Shown here: positions 16,335 to 26,028 of the stretch, one piece after another
How the letters are laid out: every line of letters starts with the position of its first letter
How positions within the stretch are numbered: position 1 is the first letter of the stretch
Source of the DNA: a virus
Length of the DNA stretch: 64,000 nucleotides
IMG/VR virus record: IMGVR_UViG_3300019487_000006
Coordinates: 1-64,000 of that record
Strand: one strand, 5' to 3'
Position numbers and translations under genes: made by a program
Notes under the pieces: model-generated
Told to the model about the DNA's origin: nothing
Database searches by the model: none
Seen by the model: the letters and a program-made list of their open reading frames with translations, nothing else

Positions 16335-18224
16335 TTATAGTGCTTGGCGAAATTCTGGAACTTGAGGCAGTTGCAGATGGTGTGGCGGTAGTCGAGACGG
16401 GCCTTCTCCACCGACGATTCCCAACTGTTCTTGAGATGGGCTACCAGGAAGGTTTGTTACTACTGGAATACCGTTACGTTCCGCAATCGCGGCGACTTTC
16501 ATGATTGCAGCAGTCGCCTGCGGGGTTCCGGCGGGCAGTCGACTTCCGTGAATAATCCACCACCGCGAGACAGGATTATTGAGAAGGAATCCAAACACAT
16601 TCGGGGCAGCGGAGGCAGTTAAGGCTCCCCGAACACTATATTCGAGGAGCAACGACATCATACCACCAATCTGCGCTCCCTTAACCGCGAAGGTAAACCC
16701 CTGGTTTTCTGACTTCACCTGAGTCAGCCGGAGTAGATTGACGACTTCCTCAAGCTCTTGCGCCTCCTTTGGAGAGAACAATTGACGAAGGATTTCTCGT
16801 TCGTTACTGTAGGAAGTGTTCAAGCCTGCCTTCTGCGCGAGAACATTACCAGACACTTGCCGTTCCACCGACCCTTGGATATCTTTGGTCGCGCTAGAGA
16901 CGAGCCGTTCTAAATAATCCCGCTTGATCCCTTCCACCACTTCAGGAGGTAGTAAGTTTTTCGCCACCGTGAAGGCGTCACGTTTGCCGGAGCGTAACAA
17001 GACATCTACGACGGTTCCAGGGTCGTCCGTCATTAACTTACGAAGGACAGGGTCCTCCAAGGTTGAGGCCCCCAATTGGCCAGGTTGCCCGCCCTTCCAA
17101 TAGGCGGAAGCTTCGCGCCACAGCTTGTAGATGTCCGGGCTGGTTTGCGGGTTAATCGCCTTGGCTGCGACCTCCATCGCATCGTCTACACGTTGAGACA
17201 GGAGGCTGGCGTAACTTTCCACCTCGCCTTTGATGATCGATTCATCTCCAACATGGATGCGGAGCAAACGTGATCTAATCCTATTTGCCTCCGAAAATGG
17301 TACAGCTTTAGGAGCATTGAGGATCATCTGAAGCAACCCAACACTGGCCTTATCTTTGATGATGGCCTGTTCACGTAACAACTTTCGGGCTTCTAACTTC
17401 GCTGGGGTCAGGTCAACTTGAATGACTCCAGGCAGCGTCGCGAGGGCCGCGTCTAACTGCTTGTACTTGTCACTTCCAACGCGCTTCCAATCCTCCGCGC
17501 CACGAACCAAACCCTTCTGCATCTCTTCGCCAAGCTCACGCGATGTACCACGTTTTCCATAGGCGCGAACGATATCGTCCACCAATTCTTGTGCCGCCAG
17601 CGCACTTCCTTCCTTCACCTTTCCAGTGGTACTTCCAATAAACCCCGCCTCGCTAATATTTTCCAAGGTATCAAACAAGCGGTTGGTGGTGGCCTGTCCA
17701 ACGGTTAATGATTCACCCTTTTTCCCCAGTAAACGCTGTGTGGCCATAGCACCTGGCTGGAGACTGCCTGCACCGGGGGCGGCGATTTTTGATAACAAGG
17801 CACCTCCCATCTCGCCAACTCCCTGTCCAACTGAGGCGAACTTAGCCGCTTCCTTAGCCGTCTCTAGTGGGTGTTCTGTAGGATTAAAGGTTTCCGATGC
17901 CAGTGATCCAGTACCCGCCCCCAGCCCAGACACCGTTGAACGGAGTGCAACAGGAGCGAGGTTCGGCATTAGACGCAAAACTTGAGCCGGAACCCTCACG
18001 GCTGGATGGAGAGACGCCAATGACCCTCCTAACTCAAGTGCGAACCGTCCAACCTGTTGTGGCGTGACCTGACCGAGTGCGCGTCGATATTCCTCCATTT
18101 TTGTTGGAGTGGTTCCCAACTGAGATGGAGGAGGGGGTAAAGTTGTCCCACTACCTTGTCGTTGCGCCTCACGTTCGATGGCGAGTTCGCGTTGGTACTG
18201 CGCTTCGTACGGATTGTCACTCAT
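16335..18224 (-). CDS. large virion-associated/internal protein (putative)
   Basis: 629-aa ORF, last gene of the - strand late block. Start overlaps the upstream stop (ATGA). No enzyme motifs seen. Confidence 0.5.
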   Translation of the reverse strand: MSDNPYEAQYQRELAIEREAQRQGSGTTLPPPPSQLGTTPTKMEEYRRALGQVTPQQVGRFALELGGSLASLHPAVRVPAQVLRLMPNLAPVALRSTVSGLGAGTGSLASETFNPTEHPLETAKEAAKFASVGQGVGEMGGALLSKIAAPGAGSLQPGAMATQRLLGKKGESLTVGQATTNRLFDTLENISEAGFIGSTTGKVKEGSALAAQELVDDIVRAYGKRGTSRELGEEMQKGLVRGAEDWKRVGSDKYKQLDAALATLPGVIQVDLTPAKLEARKLLREQAIIKDKASVGLLQMILNAPKAVPFSEANRIRSRLLRIHVGDESIIKGEVESYASLLSQRVDDAMEVAAKAINPQTSPDIYKLWREASAYWKGGQPGQLGASTLEDPVLRKLMTDDPGTVVDVLLRSGKRDAFTVAKNLLPPEVVEGIKRDYLERLVSSATKDIQGSVERQVSGNVLAQKAGLNTSYSNEREILRQLFSPKEAQELEEVVNLLRLTQVKSENQGFTFAVKGAQIGGMMSLLLEYSVRGALTASAAPNVFGFLLNNPVSRWWIIHGSRLPAGTPQATAAIMKVAAIAERNGIPVVTNLPGSPSQEQLGIVGGEGPSRLPPHHLQLPQVPEFRQAL

Positions 18225-19630
18225 GGCGTGTTCTGCCGCCGAAATCGTGCATCCGTCAACCGTCGAGCGGCTTCGTCGGACTTACCAGACTTCCGTAATT
18301 GATTATAATACGCCTCCGCTGGCGTTTTGGAGTAGGTTTCCTGTCCCGGCACCACTGGTGGAAGTGGTTGCTGGAACGGTGGGCGTACTCCGGCGCTGTA
18401 GGTCTGTTGCTCCTCCGCCGTGTAGTTTGGGAGGAAACTTGGATCACGATTAAATTGAGCCGTCGTTTGTCGAAAAGGTTGTTCCACCGTGGCGTGGTGG
18501 ACCTGGACTGATTGCTGATACATCCGTTCGGCGGTATTGTATATTTTGGCACGGAAGTCAGGAGGAAAAGTTTGTCCAGTTTCCAGTTTTGGAATAAACT
18601 GCCGCATACGATCAAAAAGTGCCATTCCTTCTTGTAAAGTCGTACGTTCAGCGTCGCGAACACCAGTGACAGGGTCCATCATCTTGGCGAAGGCGTAGGT
18701 TAGAGCAATATCGTCAGCGGCATTGTGGACGCGATTCGGACCAATTGCGTAGGCTGCACGGACTGCCCCAAACGCAGATTTCCCTAAGAGGAATTGTTTG
18801 GAGGCGTCATTATATTCCTTGACGATACCGAGGTCGAAGTTACGATCTTGAACATTCTTCTCGAACGGCGATGGAGTTTTACTTTCAAGTCCACTCAACA
18901 CACGCATGTTCTCGTTAAAGATATTGGCATACTGCCGCTGCCTCTCAGTAGGATCGGTAATATTTGCAGTCGCCTGCTGTGCGAGAGTCGCCGCTTGCTG
19001 TTGCCACTGCATGGCCTGACTAGGCTTGAATGTGGTACTTAACCCAGTCTCATCAATGGTGAAGGACTGGTCATACCCAGCCGGTCCAGCTTGTCCGACC
19101 GCACCAGGGGGCGGTCCAACCGGCTCCAGCACGGACGCGCCCGCTTCCGGGACCGTCGGTAGACCGCCAGGCCCTCCTGTAGTCTGTACGTGACCAGGTC
19201 CAGGCAACTTAAGCGTTCGTAAAGCATTATTAAACCAATACTGTTTTCGTTGTTCCTCGGTAGCCTTAATACGACCAGTTTGTTCCTCTAACTTTTTCTT
19301 ATAATCAAATTCAGCCTGTTGCCGTCTTTCCGCCGCCTGCTGACGAGCTTCCGAAATTGCGTGCTGCTGCGCGATCACTTTATTGTGCGCGGCCTGTTGC
19401 TGGTAATGTTCACCCAAGTTTCGACGATAGTCTAGCAACGACATCGTCTGAAATGGTTGTGTGAGCACGTTGACGTCACCGGTTGGAGATTGCCCTACTC
19501 CATACCCCAGCGCGGCTCCACTCGCGGCAGCGAGAATCGGCATGAGCGTATCCATCAAGCTACTGTCAGGAGGTGGCGTAGCACCAGTCGGGGGCGGTGA
19601 GACTGGAGGTGGTTGAAGTTCAGGAGGCAT
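18221..19630 (-). CDS. Gln/Pro-rich coiled-coil protein (virion-associated, putative)
   Basis: 469-aa ORF with a Pro-rich N-terminus and a Q-rich helical centre. Confidence 0.45.
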   Translation of the reverse strand: MPPELQPPPVSPPPTGATPPPDSSLMDTLMPILAAASGAALGYGVGQSPTGDVNVLTQPFQTMSLLDYRRNLGEHYQQQAAHNKVIAQQHAISEARQQAAERRQQAEFDYKKKLEEQTGRIKATEEQRKQYWFNNALRTLKLPGPGHVQTTGGPGGLPTVPEAGASVLEPVGPPPGAVGQAGPAGYDQSFTIDETGLSTTFKPSQAMQWQQQAATLAQQATANITDPTERQRQYANIFNENMRVLSGLESKTPSPFEKNVQDRNFDLGIVKEYNDASKQFLLGKSAFGAVRAAYAIGPNRVHNAADDIALTYAFAKMMDPVTGVRDAERTTLQEGMALFDRMRQFIPKLETGQTFPPDFRAKIYNTAERMYQQSVQVHHATVEQPFRQTTAQFNRDPSFLPNYTAEEQQTYSAGVRPPFQQPLPPVVPGQETYSKTPAEAYYNQLRKSGKSDEAARRLTDARFRRQNTP

Positions 19631-19644
19631 CGATGGAGACCCCC

Positions 19645-20169
19645 CTAGTACAGACGCTTATTATTTTGCTGCCGTCCCAGGCGCATGTTGACGAGTGATT
19701 GAACCGATGATGGAGCCGTGACGTCCGGCTTCGGTTTATACTGCGGCGGAACCGGTGGAGGAAAGTGTCGAGGATACCTAAACGCTTGTCCAATTCCTGC
19801 CCCGGCGGTGGCCGCAAGGGATGCGAGTAAGGCGTAATTATAGTAGTCCTTCGACTTATCGGCGTCGACTTTTTTACTGGTGGCGTCCTCTGTCATCGTA
19901 GTAGGGGGAGAACCAGGCACCGGCTCAGGTAAATAATCCTGGTCTTCCATCATGGCTGGTCCAGTACCCACTCCTGGAGTTACGGCGTTACTAGGTCCTT
20001 GCCGGTGGAGCGCAGCAGCAGCTTGCGCGGCTCCACCAGGTTTTGGTGGTTCCATCTGGGCTGAGGGTGTAGCCGAACCCATGGGTAGCATATCCCACGG
20101 TAATCCAGTGTCAGGATTGATGTTATACGCCCACTGATTTGGTAGTGACATGTCTGGAAGATTCAGCAT
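19645..20169 (-). CDS. Pro/Ala-rich protein with hydrophobic segment
   Basis: 174-aa ORF. ALLASLAATAGAGIGQAF is TM-like. Confidence 0.4.
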   Translation of the reverse strand: MLNLPDMSLPNQWAYNINPDTGLPWDMLPMGSATPSAQMEPPKPGGAAQAAAALHRQGPSNAVTPGVGTGPAMMEDQDYLPEPVPGSPPTTMTEDATSKKVDADKSKDYYNYALLASLAATAGAGIGQAFRYPRHFPPPVPPQYKPKPDVTAPSSVQSLVNMRLGRQQNNKRLY

Positions 20170-20172
20170 ACG

Positions 20173-20493
20173 TTACCCTACATATGGATGGTTTAATACG
20201 TTGCCACGCCCAGGTCTCAGCCGTTGAAGTTCTTCCTGTGCCAGGTTCTTGTTCTCTCCAAAGTTCAATGGAGTGACTGGTTTTGGCATTGTAGGCGGTG
20301 GTGGACCAGTTTTGGGGTCGAATGATTCTCCAGTGGCTCCACCGATGGCGGTTCCGGCTCCTAGTCCAGCCGCGATGAGTGGTGCAGCTTGCGCGAGAGA
20401 AAGTCCGCCGGTTGCGGGAGCCATTGCCAGTCCTCCAGCGAGTCCTGCCCCACCCGCCGCTCCTGCCCCCATACCCGCCGCTTTACCGCTCAT
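20173..20493 (-). CDS. glycine-zipper membrane protein
   Basis: GMGAGAAGGAGLAGGLAMAP...AAGLGAGTAIGGATG. Confidence 0.4.
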   Translation of the reverse strand: MSGKAAGMGAGAAGGAGLAGGLAMAPATGGLSLAQAAPLIAAGLGAGTAIGGATGESFDPKTGPPPPTMPKPVTPLNFGENKNLAQEELQRLRPGRGNVLNHPYVG

Positions 20494-21017
20494 TTGCCTG
20501 CTCCAGTCGTTGTGCTGATCGTTGGGGGTGAGGTGGACCCAAATAAACCGCTCGTTGTGGCTTCACTCAACCCCTGTTGACGAAGTTGCTCCTCACGCGC
20601 TGCATCGTTAAGGTCCTGTTCCATGCCGCGCTGGACTTCACCCGCCGACGAAAGCCCTTGAAGAGTCTGCGCCTGTTGTCCGGTTTGCTGTCCCCATGCA
20701 GGAATCAAGTTCGTCGCCCCGAAATTGGACGCGGCATTCGTTGCAGCTAGTCGATTGGTGAGGTCATTTTGGACAAACTGTGGAAGGGCCGTGGCCATGG
20801 ACCGTCCCATGACATCCGCCACAATTGGACCATTCCCCAATCCCTGTAGCTGAAGTTGGTTCTGAATGACCGGGGCGGTATTCTGAAGCCACGCGCTGGT
20901 CGCAGCTTGAGTGGCGGGTGAATACCCAAACGGCCCGCTCATGTACGGGTCGAGCGATTGGGCGACCGCGCCTTGTAATCCTTCTGTCCCCCACGGTGCA
21001 TTTGGATCGTATGCCAT
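20490..21017 (-). CDS. hypothetical Gln/Gly-rich protein
   Basis: 175-aa ORF, translationally coupled to its neighbours. Confidence 0.4.
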   Translation of the reverse strand: MAYDPNAPWGTEGLQGAVAQSLDPYMSGPFGYSPATQAATSAWLQNTAPVIQNQLQLQGLGNGPIVADVMGRSMATALPQFVQNDLTNRLAATNAASNFGATNLIPAWGQQTGQQAQTLQGLSSAGEVQRGMEQDLNDAAREEQLRQQGLSEATTSGLFGSTSPPTISTTTGAGK

Positions 21018-21026
21018 AGTGAGCCT

Positions 21027-21569
21027 TTATACTCGTACCCATCTATCAGGTTCTTGATAACCTTCAACCCAGTTATCACCGACATATTGTGCAGGTATCC
21101 ACGGACCAGGAACCCACTGTCCTTGACGATTGGGTACTCCTCCGTATTGGTCAGCAAGCTGCTGTCGAATCTGGTCCATGACGATTTGATTAAGGTCCAC
21201 CGCCTGGAAGTTCAAGGGTACCTCAGGCTTTTGGTTTCCAAATGGAACAGACATTGAGCCTGGTCCACCCATCGCCGTGATATCGCCCTGCGACACGCCA
21301 GGAAATACCGTGGCCCCCTGGCCTTGCTTGCCAAATAGAGATTCCTGGGCTTGCGTCTGGGAGGCCAAGTATGGAGTCAACCCTTTTACTTGTTCATAAT
21401 ACTGGTTTGACCCAGCAACCTGTCTCGGACTCCAGGCTGCAAACCTCTCTAGCGGTAGATTCCCCATCAAGCTCGTGAGATGAGGAAGTGCCGCGCCTTT
21501 TGCCGCTTCTTCTTGCGGAGAGAGTTCAGTCGAAGTGCGGGTCGTGCCCCCGCCACCTGATCCACCCAT
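21027..21569 (-). CDS. hypothetical protein
   Basis: 180-aa ORF with N-terminal GGSGGGG. Confidence 0.4.
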   Translation of the reverse strand: MGGSGGGGTTRTSTELSPQEEAAKGAALPHLTSLMGNLPLERFAAWSPRQVAGSNQYYEQVKGLTPYLASQTQAQESLFGKQGQGATVFPGVSQGDITAMGGPGSMSVPFGNQKPEVPLNFQAVDLNQIVMDQIRQQLADQYGGVPNRQGQWVPGPWIPAQYVGDNWVEGYQEPDRWVRV

Positions 21570-22066
21570 TAGACCACCTCTCGTACAATTCGACGATAGA
21601 TAGTACGGTACACTTCAAACCCCGCGTGCCGCGCCCATGCGTCAGTCATGCGTGGAGTCATCATGAGAGCCTCGGTAACTGGCGACGAAGTTTTTGTAGC
21701 TTGCGCTTGCTGATTAGCTTCCCTGATCCATTGATCGACGGCGTGCATGAATTCTTCCTTGAGGGCGTACCCAGCCGGACCATCCATTTTGACTTGGTTA
21801 ATCCACGCCACCGTGCGCCCATTCCAGACTTCAATATCCCCCAGCGCGTGGCCCACCACGTCCGAATACCCATCCACCGCCACCCAAAGCCCAAGATACG
21901 GCGAGTTTTCGGCATACATTTTCCAGGCACAATTAACGAGCACACTCCCGGACCCGTCAAACTGTCTTGACATCGCCCCGATTCGGTCCATGACCGCATC
22001 GAGATACTGACCACTTCCAGGCCGGTTACGAGCCAGCCGAATCAGTCGATACTTCGTCCCCTCCAT
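21569..22066 (-). CDS. acetyltransferase-like (GNAT-fold?) protein
   Basis: The pattern VVGHALGDIEVWNGRTVAWINQVKM...WARHAGFEVY resembles the GNAT core. This is a weak call. It is preceded by promoter A and GAGGGGGG. Confidence 0.3.
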   Translation of the reverse strand: MEGTKYRLIRLARNRPGSGQYLDAVMDRIGAMSRQFDGSGSVLVNCAWKMYAENSPYLGLWVAVDGYSDVVGHALGDIEVWNGRTVAWINQVKMDGPAGYALKEEFMHAVDQWIREANQQAQATKTSSPVTEALMMTPRMTDAWARHAGFEVYRTIYRRIVREVV

Positions 22067-22086
22067 CTCAGTCCCCCCTCACGTAC

Positions 22087-22116
22087 AGTATAGGTAGAGT
22101 TACGTAGACGTGTCAA
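22087..22116 (-). promoter_or_regulatory. sigma70-like promoter A (TTGACA-N18-TATACT) with CTACGTA in the spacer
   Basis: - strand reads TTGACAcgtctacgtaactctaccTATACTgtacgtGAGGGGGGactgagATG. Confidence 0.45.
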
Positions 22117-22118
22117 GA

Positions 22119-22649
22119 TCATACTTGACCTAAAATGTGGTAATTGGTACCATCCGAGATAAAGATACGTGATTGATATTGAACGGATAATACCTTGGTG
22201 GCCGTCCCGTCGATGGTCCCAGATGCCGGGGTGATCGTGACGGTATTCCCGCTACTATCCACCTTCTTTACACACCAGATTCGCCCGGTGTACGCAGCCC
22301 CCTGAGAAACATTGACGACTTTGTTCCCGGCAGTCGCATCCACCAGGACGGTTCCATCCGTGACCGCAAGCGTGTAGGGGGTTGTGGCCGTAGAGGTGAC
22401 CGTGCCGGTCCACCCCATCAATACTTGCCAAGTTCCACTCTGGCCAATATAGGACACTCCCGTATCTGTCGCGTAGAACTGCGTCTCGTCAAAAAATGGG
22501 GTCGCGGACCGATTGGCGTAGGTATCATTCTTCAAGAGAGAATTGACGACTTGGGTCAAGAACGTCCAGTGGCGCATCCAGACCCGTGCTAGGTTCTCCC
22601 AGGATGGAATATCACGAGGTAAATCAAAGGTTTGTGGTAGATTAGGCAT
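22119..22649 (-). CDS. tail-fibre/receptor-binding-like protein (putative)
   Basis: 176-aa ORF, Thr/Gly/Val-rich beta-type sequence, in the tail region. Confidence 0.35.
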   Translation of the reverse strand: MPNLPQTFDLPRDIPSWENLARVWMRHWTFLTQVVNSLLKNDTYANRSATPFFDETQFYATDTGVSYIGQSGTWQVLMGWTGTVTSTATTPYTLAVTDGTVLVDATAGNKVVNVSQGAAYTGRIWCVKKVDSSGNTVTITPASGTIDGTATKVLSVQYQSRIFISDGTNYHILGQV

Positions 22650-22651
22650 GG

Positions 22652-24190
22652 TTACACCCGGCCTTTATTCCACCCAGTTACTAGCGCCCCTCGGTATTCC
22701 AACGTAGATTGGTAGCCTACCCCTGCCTGACGAACCTTAATCAACTTTCCCTCCTTATTGGGGAAGGTCAAGGTATGTTGTTCATCAGCGGAGGTTACGA
22801 ATTCACGAGTCGTTTCGGTGTCCGTTTCGCCTAACTTATCGGTTACGGTGACTCCAACCGTGACGGTAATACTCGTTGTCGTGTTTCTCCAGTAGGTTGT
22901 CACCGCATCCAAGTATGTCCGCGCTACAAGTTTACCGGGAGCGATCCAGCCGTGCGTAAAATTCCAGCTAATGTTTGTTCCATTATCGGTGGGAGACTGT
23001 CCAAAGTTAAAGACTGATCCGACGCTACTGCCGAGTAAAAGACTGCGGGTAACTCCACCGGACCCGTCCAACCCATCAATGGTCGGCGAGTATGCAGTCA
23101 AGCCATCGATTGTGGACGAGACGGAGTCTAGCCCGTCAATCGTATTCGCAGACAACATGCGCCAATCCATTGCAGCAGTCATGGTGTCTGCAAAAGTGTG
23201 ATGATTGAGTGCCTCAGTTTGAATATTATACGATACTCCATTGAACTTCCCGCTTGGCGTCGGGTAAAAGAACCACACCTCTCGTTCATCCTGCGAAAAC
23301 CACGGGGCTCCAAACATTTGCACCCGGTCAGTAAATACTATATTTGTGGCGATGGTCTTCGCTAATCCTGTCGATACAAGTTTGGGAGCTGATCCATCGA
23401 ACTTATAGAGGGCATAGTCTTCCCCAATCCAATAATGAACCCCCAGGGCATCGACGAGCGCAGCAGGCGACAACGGTCCTGGGACACGAGCAATGAACTG
23501 GAATTGGAACGGTTCCACTGCGGCTTGTAGAGTGGCAGCATAGACCGCGTCGTCCTTATAGACTCCAAATGTATTCGGGCCGAACGGTCGCACGGCGATG
23601 ACGGCTCCTGGAGTATCGGTCAAATCCACGAAGCTCGTACTAGGCCACGAGGTACGGTCCTTAAACCCTGACCATCGCACACGATATGGTAACCCTGCCG
23701 GGTGCGCGACGACGAGACGATTCCCGGCCACGCACAAGTCATTACCATTTGGCGGCGACCCAGCGGTGGCGGCAAAGTTCCCGCTACCACTCCATTCTCG
23801 CAAGGCATTCTTTTGGTTGATGAGCATGGCATAATCTGTCCCGCTTTGCGAGAAGGTCACGATGCGGACATGATCGCCTGCGAGAGAAGTTACCCACCCA
23901 CTTCCAGTACTATCCGTCGTAGTCATTCCATCATAGGTATACGTCTTAGTCGTCGTACTAACAATCACATTCCCGCTTTGATCTTTCGTTCCACGCACGC
24001 CGATGCCCAACACGCGATTCCCGTCCGTACTGATGAGCAGGGTGTACCCAGGTCGTGGACGTCCTACCCCACGACGAGTGAGCCAGTTTGCAGATGCCAG
24101 TAAAGCCCCATCCGGCAACATGGCCGGGTTGAGGTCCTCGCGAACCCCTCCTGGTGACGGTGACAGTATGGTCTCGACTGCGCCACGCAT
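22652..24190 (-). CDS. tail structural protein (putative)
   Basis: 512-aa ORF in the tail-fibre region. No enzyme motif seen. Confidence 0.4.
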   Translation of the reverse strand: MRGAVETILSPSPGGVREDLNPAMLPDGALLASANWLTRRGVGRPRPGYTLLISTDGNRVLGIGVRGTKDQSGNVIVSTTTKTYTYDGMTTTDSTGSGWVTSLAGDHVRIVTFSQSGTDYAMLINQKNALREWSGSGNFAATAGSPPNGNDLCVAGNRLVVAHPAGLPYRVRWSGFKDRTSWPSTSFVDLTDTPGAVIAVRPFGPNTFGVYKDDAVYAATLQAAVEPFQFQFIARVPGPLSPAALVDALGVHYWIGEDYALYKFDGSAPKLVSTGLAKTIATNIVFTDRVQMFGAPWFSQDEREVWFFYPTPSGKFNGVSYNIQTEALNHHTFADTMTAAMDWRMLSANTIDGLDSVSSTIDGLTAYSPTIDGLDGSGGVTRSLLLGSSVGSVFNFGQSPTDNGTNISWNFTHGWIAPGKLVARTYLDAVTTYWRNTTTSITVTVGVTVTDKLGETDTETTREFVTSADEQHTLTFPNKEGKLIKVRQAGVGYQSTLEYRGALVTGWNKGRV

Positions 24191-24192
24191 GG

Positions 24193-25050
24193 TTAATAGT
24201 ATGTCTTAAACGTATACTCTAACGTGTGATGATCTTTCTTATTCGGGATAACATCCACGCGCACGTTGCCAATCGCGGTGGGATTCATTAGACCCGTGGC
24301 CTCCGCGTAGGTGACACAACCCTCGACGTACCCACGGACGAAACATCCGGCTCGTACATAGGCTTTGGGAATCTCGACGAGTTTTCCACGCCCGCGCTTC
24401 GGTACCCCAATGATAGGGCTGTGTGATCCGTGCTTTTTATGATTATGCGCCAGCATCAAAATGTCAAACTCCCACCCTTCAGACTTCTTAATCATTGCAT
24501 TGATGTCGCCACCCATGGTCGAGCCGCCGCCAATACGTTCTCCGTGATGGTAGAGAATGTTGAGAACGATGTGGGCGCTCCGTTTTGGACTGGACACATA
24601 GAGACGAAGAAATCCACCATGTCCACCATACTGGCATTCCAGTTCACGGCACATCTCCTGGACGTCGTTGGTTCCATCAGGAAAAATATGGTGGTGATTC
24701 CCCAGTGAGAGGAACGCCAGCTTGTCCCTGATCGGCCACAACTCCTTGGTAAAGTCTTTCGCACGTTTACGACGCCATCGATGAAGTTCCGTGAAACTGT
24801 GCTGACGGTCCTTCCCCATTCCATCCGCTTTATATTCCGTAAGGAACTCGCGTGCATGGGTTCGTAGCCAGTCGTAATAGTCACCTAATCCCATCGCAAC
24901 GCAATGCTTGGTCTGCTGTACTTCTCGCAGAAAAGCCTGCCACTGTGAAGCGACGTGCCCTTCTGAGTCGGCGTGGACGCACGCGAATGGGAATAACGAG
25001 AAAGGGGTAACTTCCGTCGGGACTGTCAAATGGTAATCGAGGACAATCAT
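24193..25050 (-). CDS. calcineurin-like metallophosphoesterase
   Basis: Ordered motifs VHADSEGH, GLGDYYD, GNHH, YHHGER, LAHNHKKHG. RBS GGGAGGGAG. Confidence 0.6.
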   Translation of the reverse strand: MIVLDYHLTVPTEVTPFSLFPFACVHADSEGHVASQWQAFLREVQQTKHCVAMGLGDYYDWLRTHAREFLTEYKADGMGKDRQHSFTELHRWRRKRAKDFTKELWPIRDKLAFLSLGNHHHIFPDGTNDVQEMCRELECQYGGHGGFLRLYVSSPKRSAHIVLNILYHHGERIGGGSTMGGDINAMIKKSEGWEFDILMLAHNHKKHGSHSPIIGVPKRGRGKLVEIPKAYVRAGCFVRGYVEGCVTYAEATGLMNPTAIGNVRVDVIPNKKDHHTLEYTFKTYY

Positions 25051-25192
25051 AACTCCCTCCCGGTTGACGATAACGGTGAGAAAGTACCACCGTATCGAGC
25101 ATATCTCCGCAATTCACACACCTCCATACGGCTAATTGACCATCTTCCGTCCAATCTGCGACCAACATACCCTGACACCGGTAGCAGATCAC
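24881..25192 (-). CDS. zinc-ribbon ORF overlapping the phosphoesterase start (extent uncertain)
   Basis: GTG 25192 overlaps the upstream stop (GTGA). CYRCQG...WRCVNCG. The frame runs 170 nt into 24193..25050 with no stop. Confidence 0.3.
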   Translation of the reverse strand: MICYRCQGMLVADWTEDGQLAVWRCVNCGDMLDTVVLSHRYRQPGGSYDCPRLPFDSPDGSYPFLVIPIRVRPRRLRRARRFTVAGFSARSTADQALRCDGIR

Positions 25193-25425
25193 GGAGGACC
25201 CTCCAAATCTTCAGCGTCGTCCATGTAGTTATCCACTAAATTCCGCTTGAGAATATCCAACATGAAATTGACCTGTGAGACGCGACCGTTACAGGAGGCA
25301 ACGTCTAAGTCGCAAGTGTCCGTAAAATGCGTGCTCGCGACAAAGGCCATGACTGGATACCGACTTTTCAACTCAGCCAAAATATCATCGGTCGTCGCCA
25401 GCGCGAGATTCATTTCAGGCTCCAC
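25189..25425 (-). CDS. hypothetical acidic protein
   Basis: 78-aa ORF, coupled to its neighbours. Confidence 0.4.
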   Translation of the reverse strand: MEPEMNLALATTDDILAELKSRYPVMAFVASTHFTDTCDLDVASCNGRVSQVNFMLDILKRNLVDNYMDDAEDLEGPP

Positions 25426-25711
25426 ACGCCGGTAGGTACACGTCCTGGATCGTTACATTACTCCCTGCCATGACTTCCCCGAAGCGATTGAGGTAGAACG
25501 CCTCCGCAGTGTGAGATTCCTGGATCAAAAACACCCGTCCCCAAAAGCCTTGCCCGACTGCACACCAACGTTGCCACGTACGGAAGTCGTGCGGCGCACA
25601 TCGATAGGACGTGACCTTAAATGGCTGTCCACTGAGCCGCGTCTCCTGAATGTCAGTGACGTAGCACCCAGCCGTAAAGAATATGGCTATAATTAGTTCA
25701 GTGGCGTTCAC
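25415..25711 (-). CDS. putative lipoprotein
   Basis: IIAIFFTAGC is lipobox-like. It lies next to the holin. Confidence 0.4.
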   Translation of the reverse strand: MNATELIIAIFFTAGCYVTDIQETRLSGQPFKVTSYRCAPHDFRTWQRWCAVGQGFWGRVFLIQESHTAEAFYLNRFGEVMAGSNVTIQDVYLPACGA

Positions 25712-26028
25712 GTTTTCTTTCCATCCCGTAGGGACATAATGGGGTCATCCACAGGAATCAAGCACAGGATATGGGATAGGTCGATTGGAACGCCTGGCGG
25801 GAAGATCGCGATAAACGTCAGTACGTCATTGGGGGATTCACTCGGCCAAAGTTTCAGCACGCGCCACGGTCCGCCATTACCAAAGAGGCAGCGATCCACC
25901 CCTTCCGGGATGTCGTCGGCGGTCGTAATCAGAACATCGGTTCTCACTGGAGGAGGCACAGCACAACCCACTGTGACAAAACACAGGTAAATGACGAGAA
26001 GTACCGACATTTTGTAACAACGTATCAT
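25708..26028 (-). CDS. putative lipoprotein (spanin-like position)
   Basis: LLVIYLCFVTVGC|AVPPP lipobox. The start may be the internal Met at 26010. Confidence 0.45.
   Translation of the reverse strand: MIRCYKMSVLLVIYLCFVTVGCAVPPPVRTDVLITTADDIPEGVDRCLFGNGGPWRVLKLWPSESPNDVLTFIAIFPPGVPIDLSHILCLIPVDDPIMSLRDGKKT

Noticed and set aside
16335-19630. 629-aa and 469-aa proteins as a tail tape measure
   Set aside because: There are no adjacent tube, sheath or chaperone-frameshift genes, and the position at the end of the block after the fibres is atypical. They are left as virion-associated or internal proteins.
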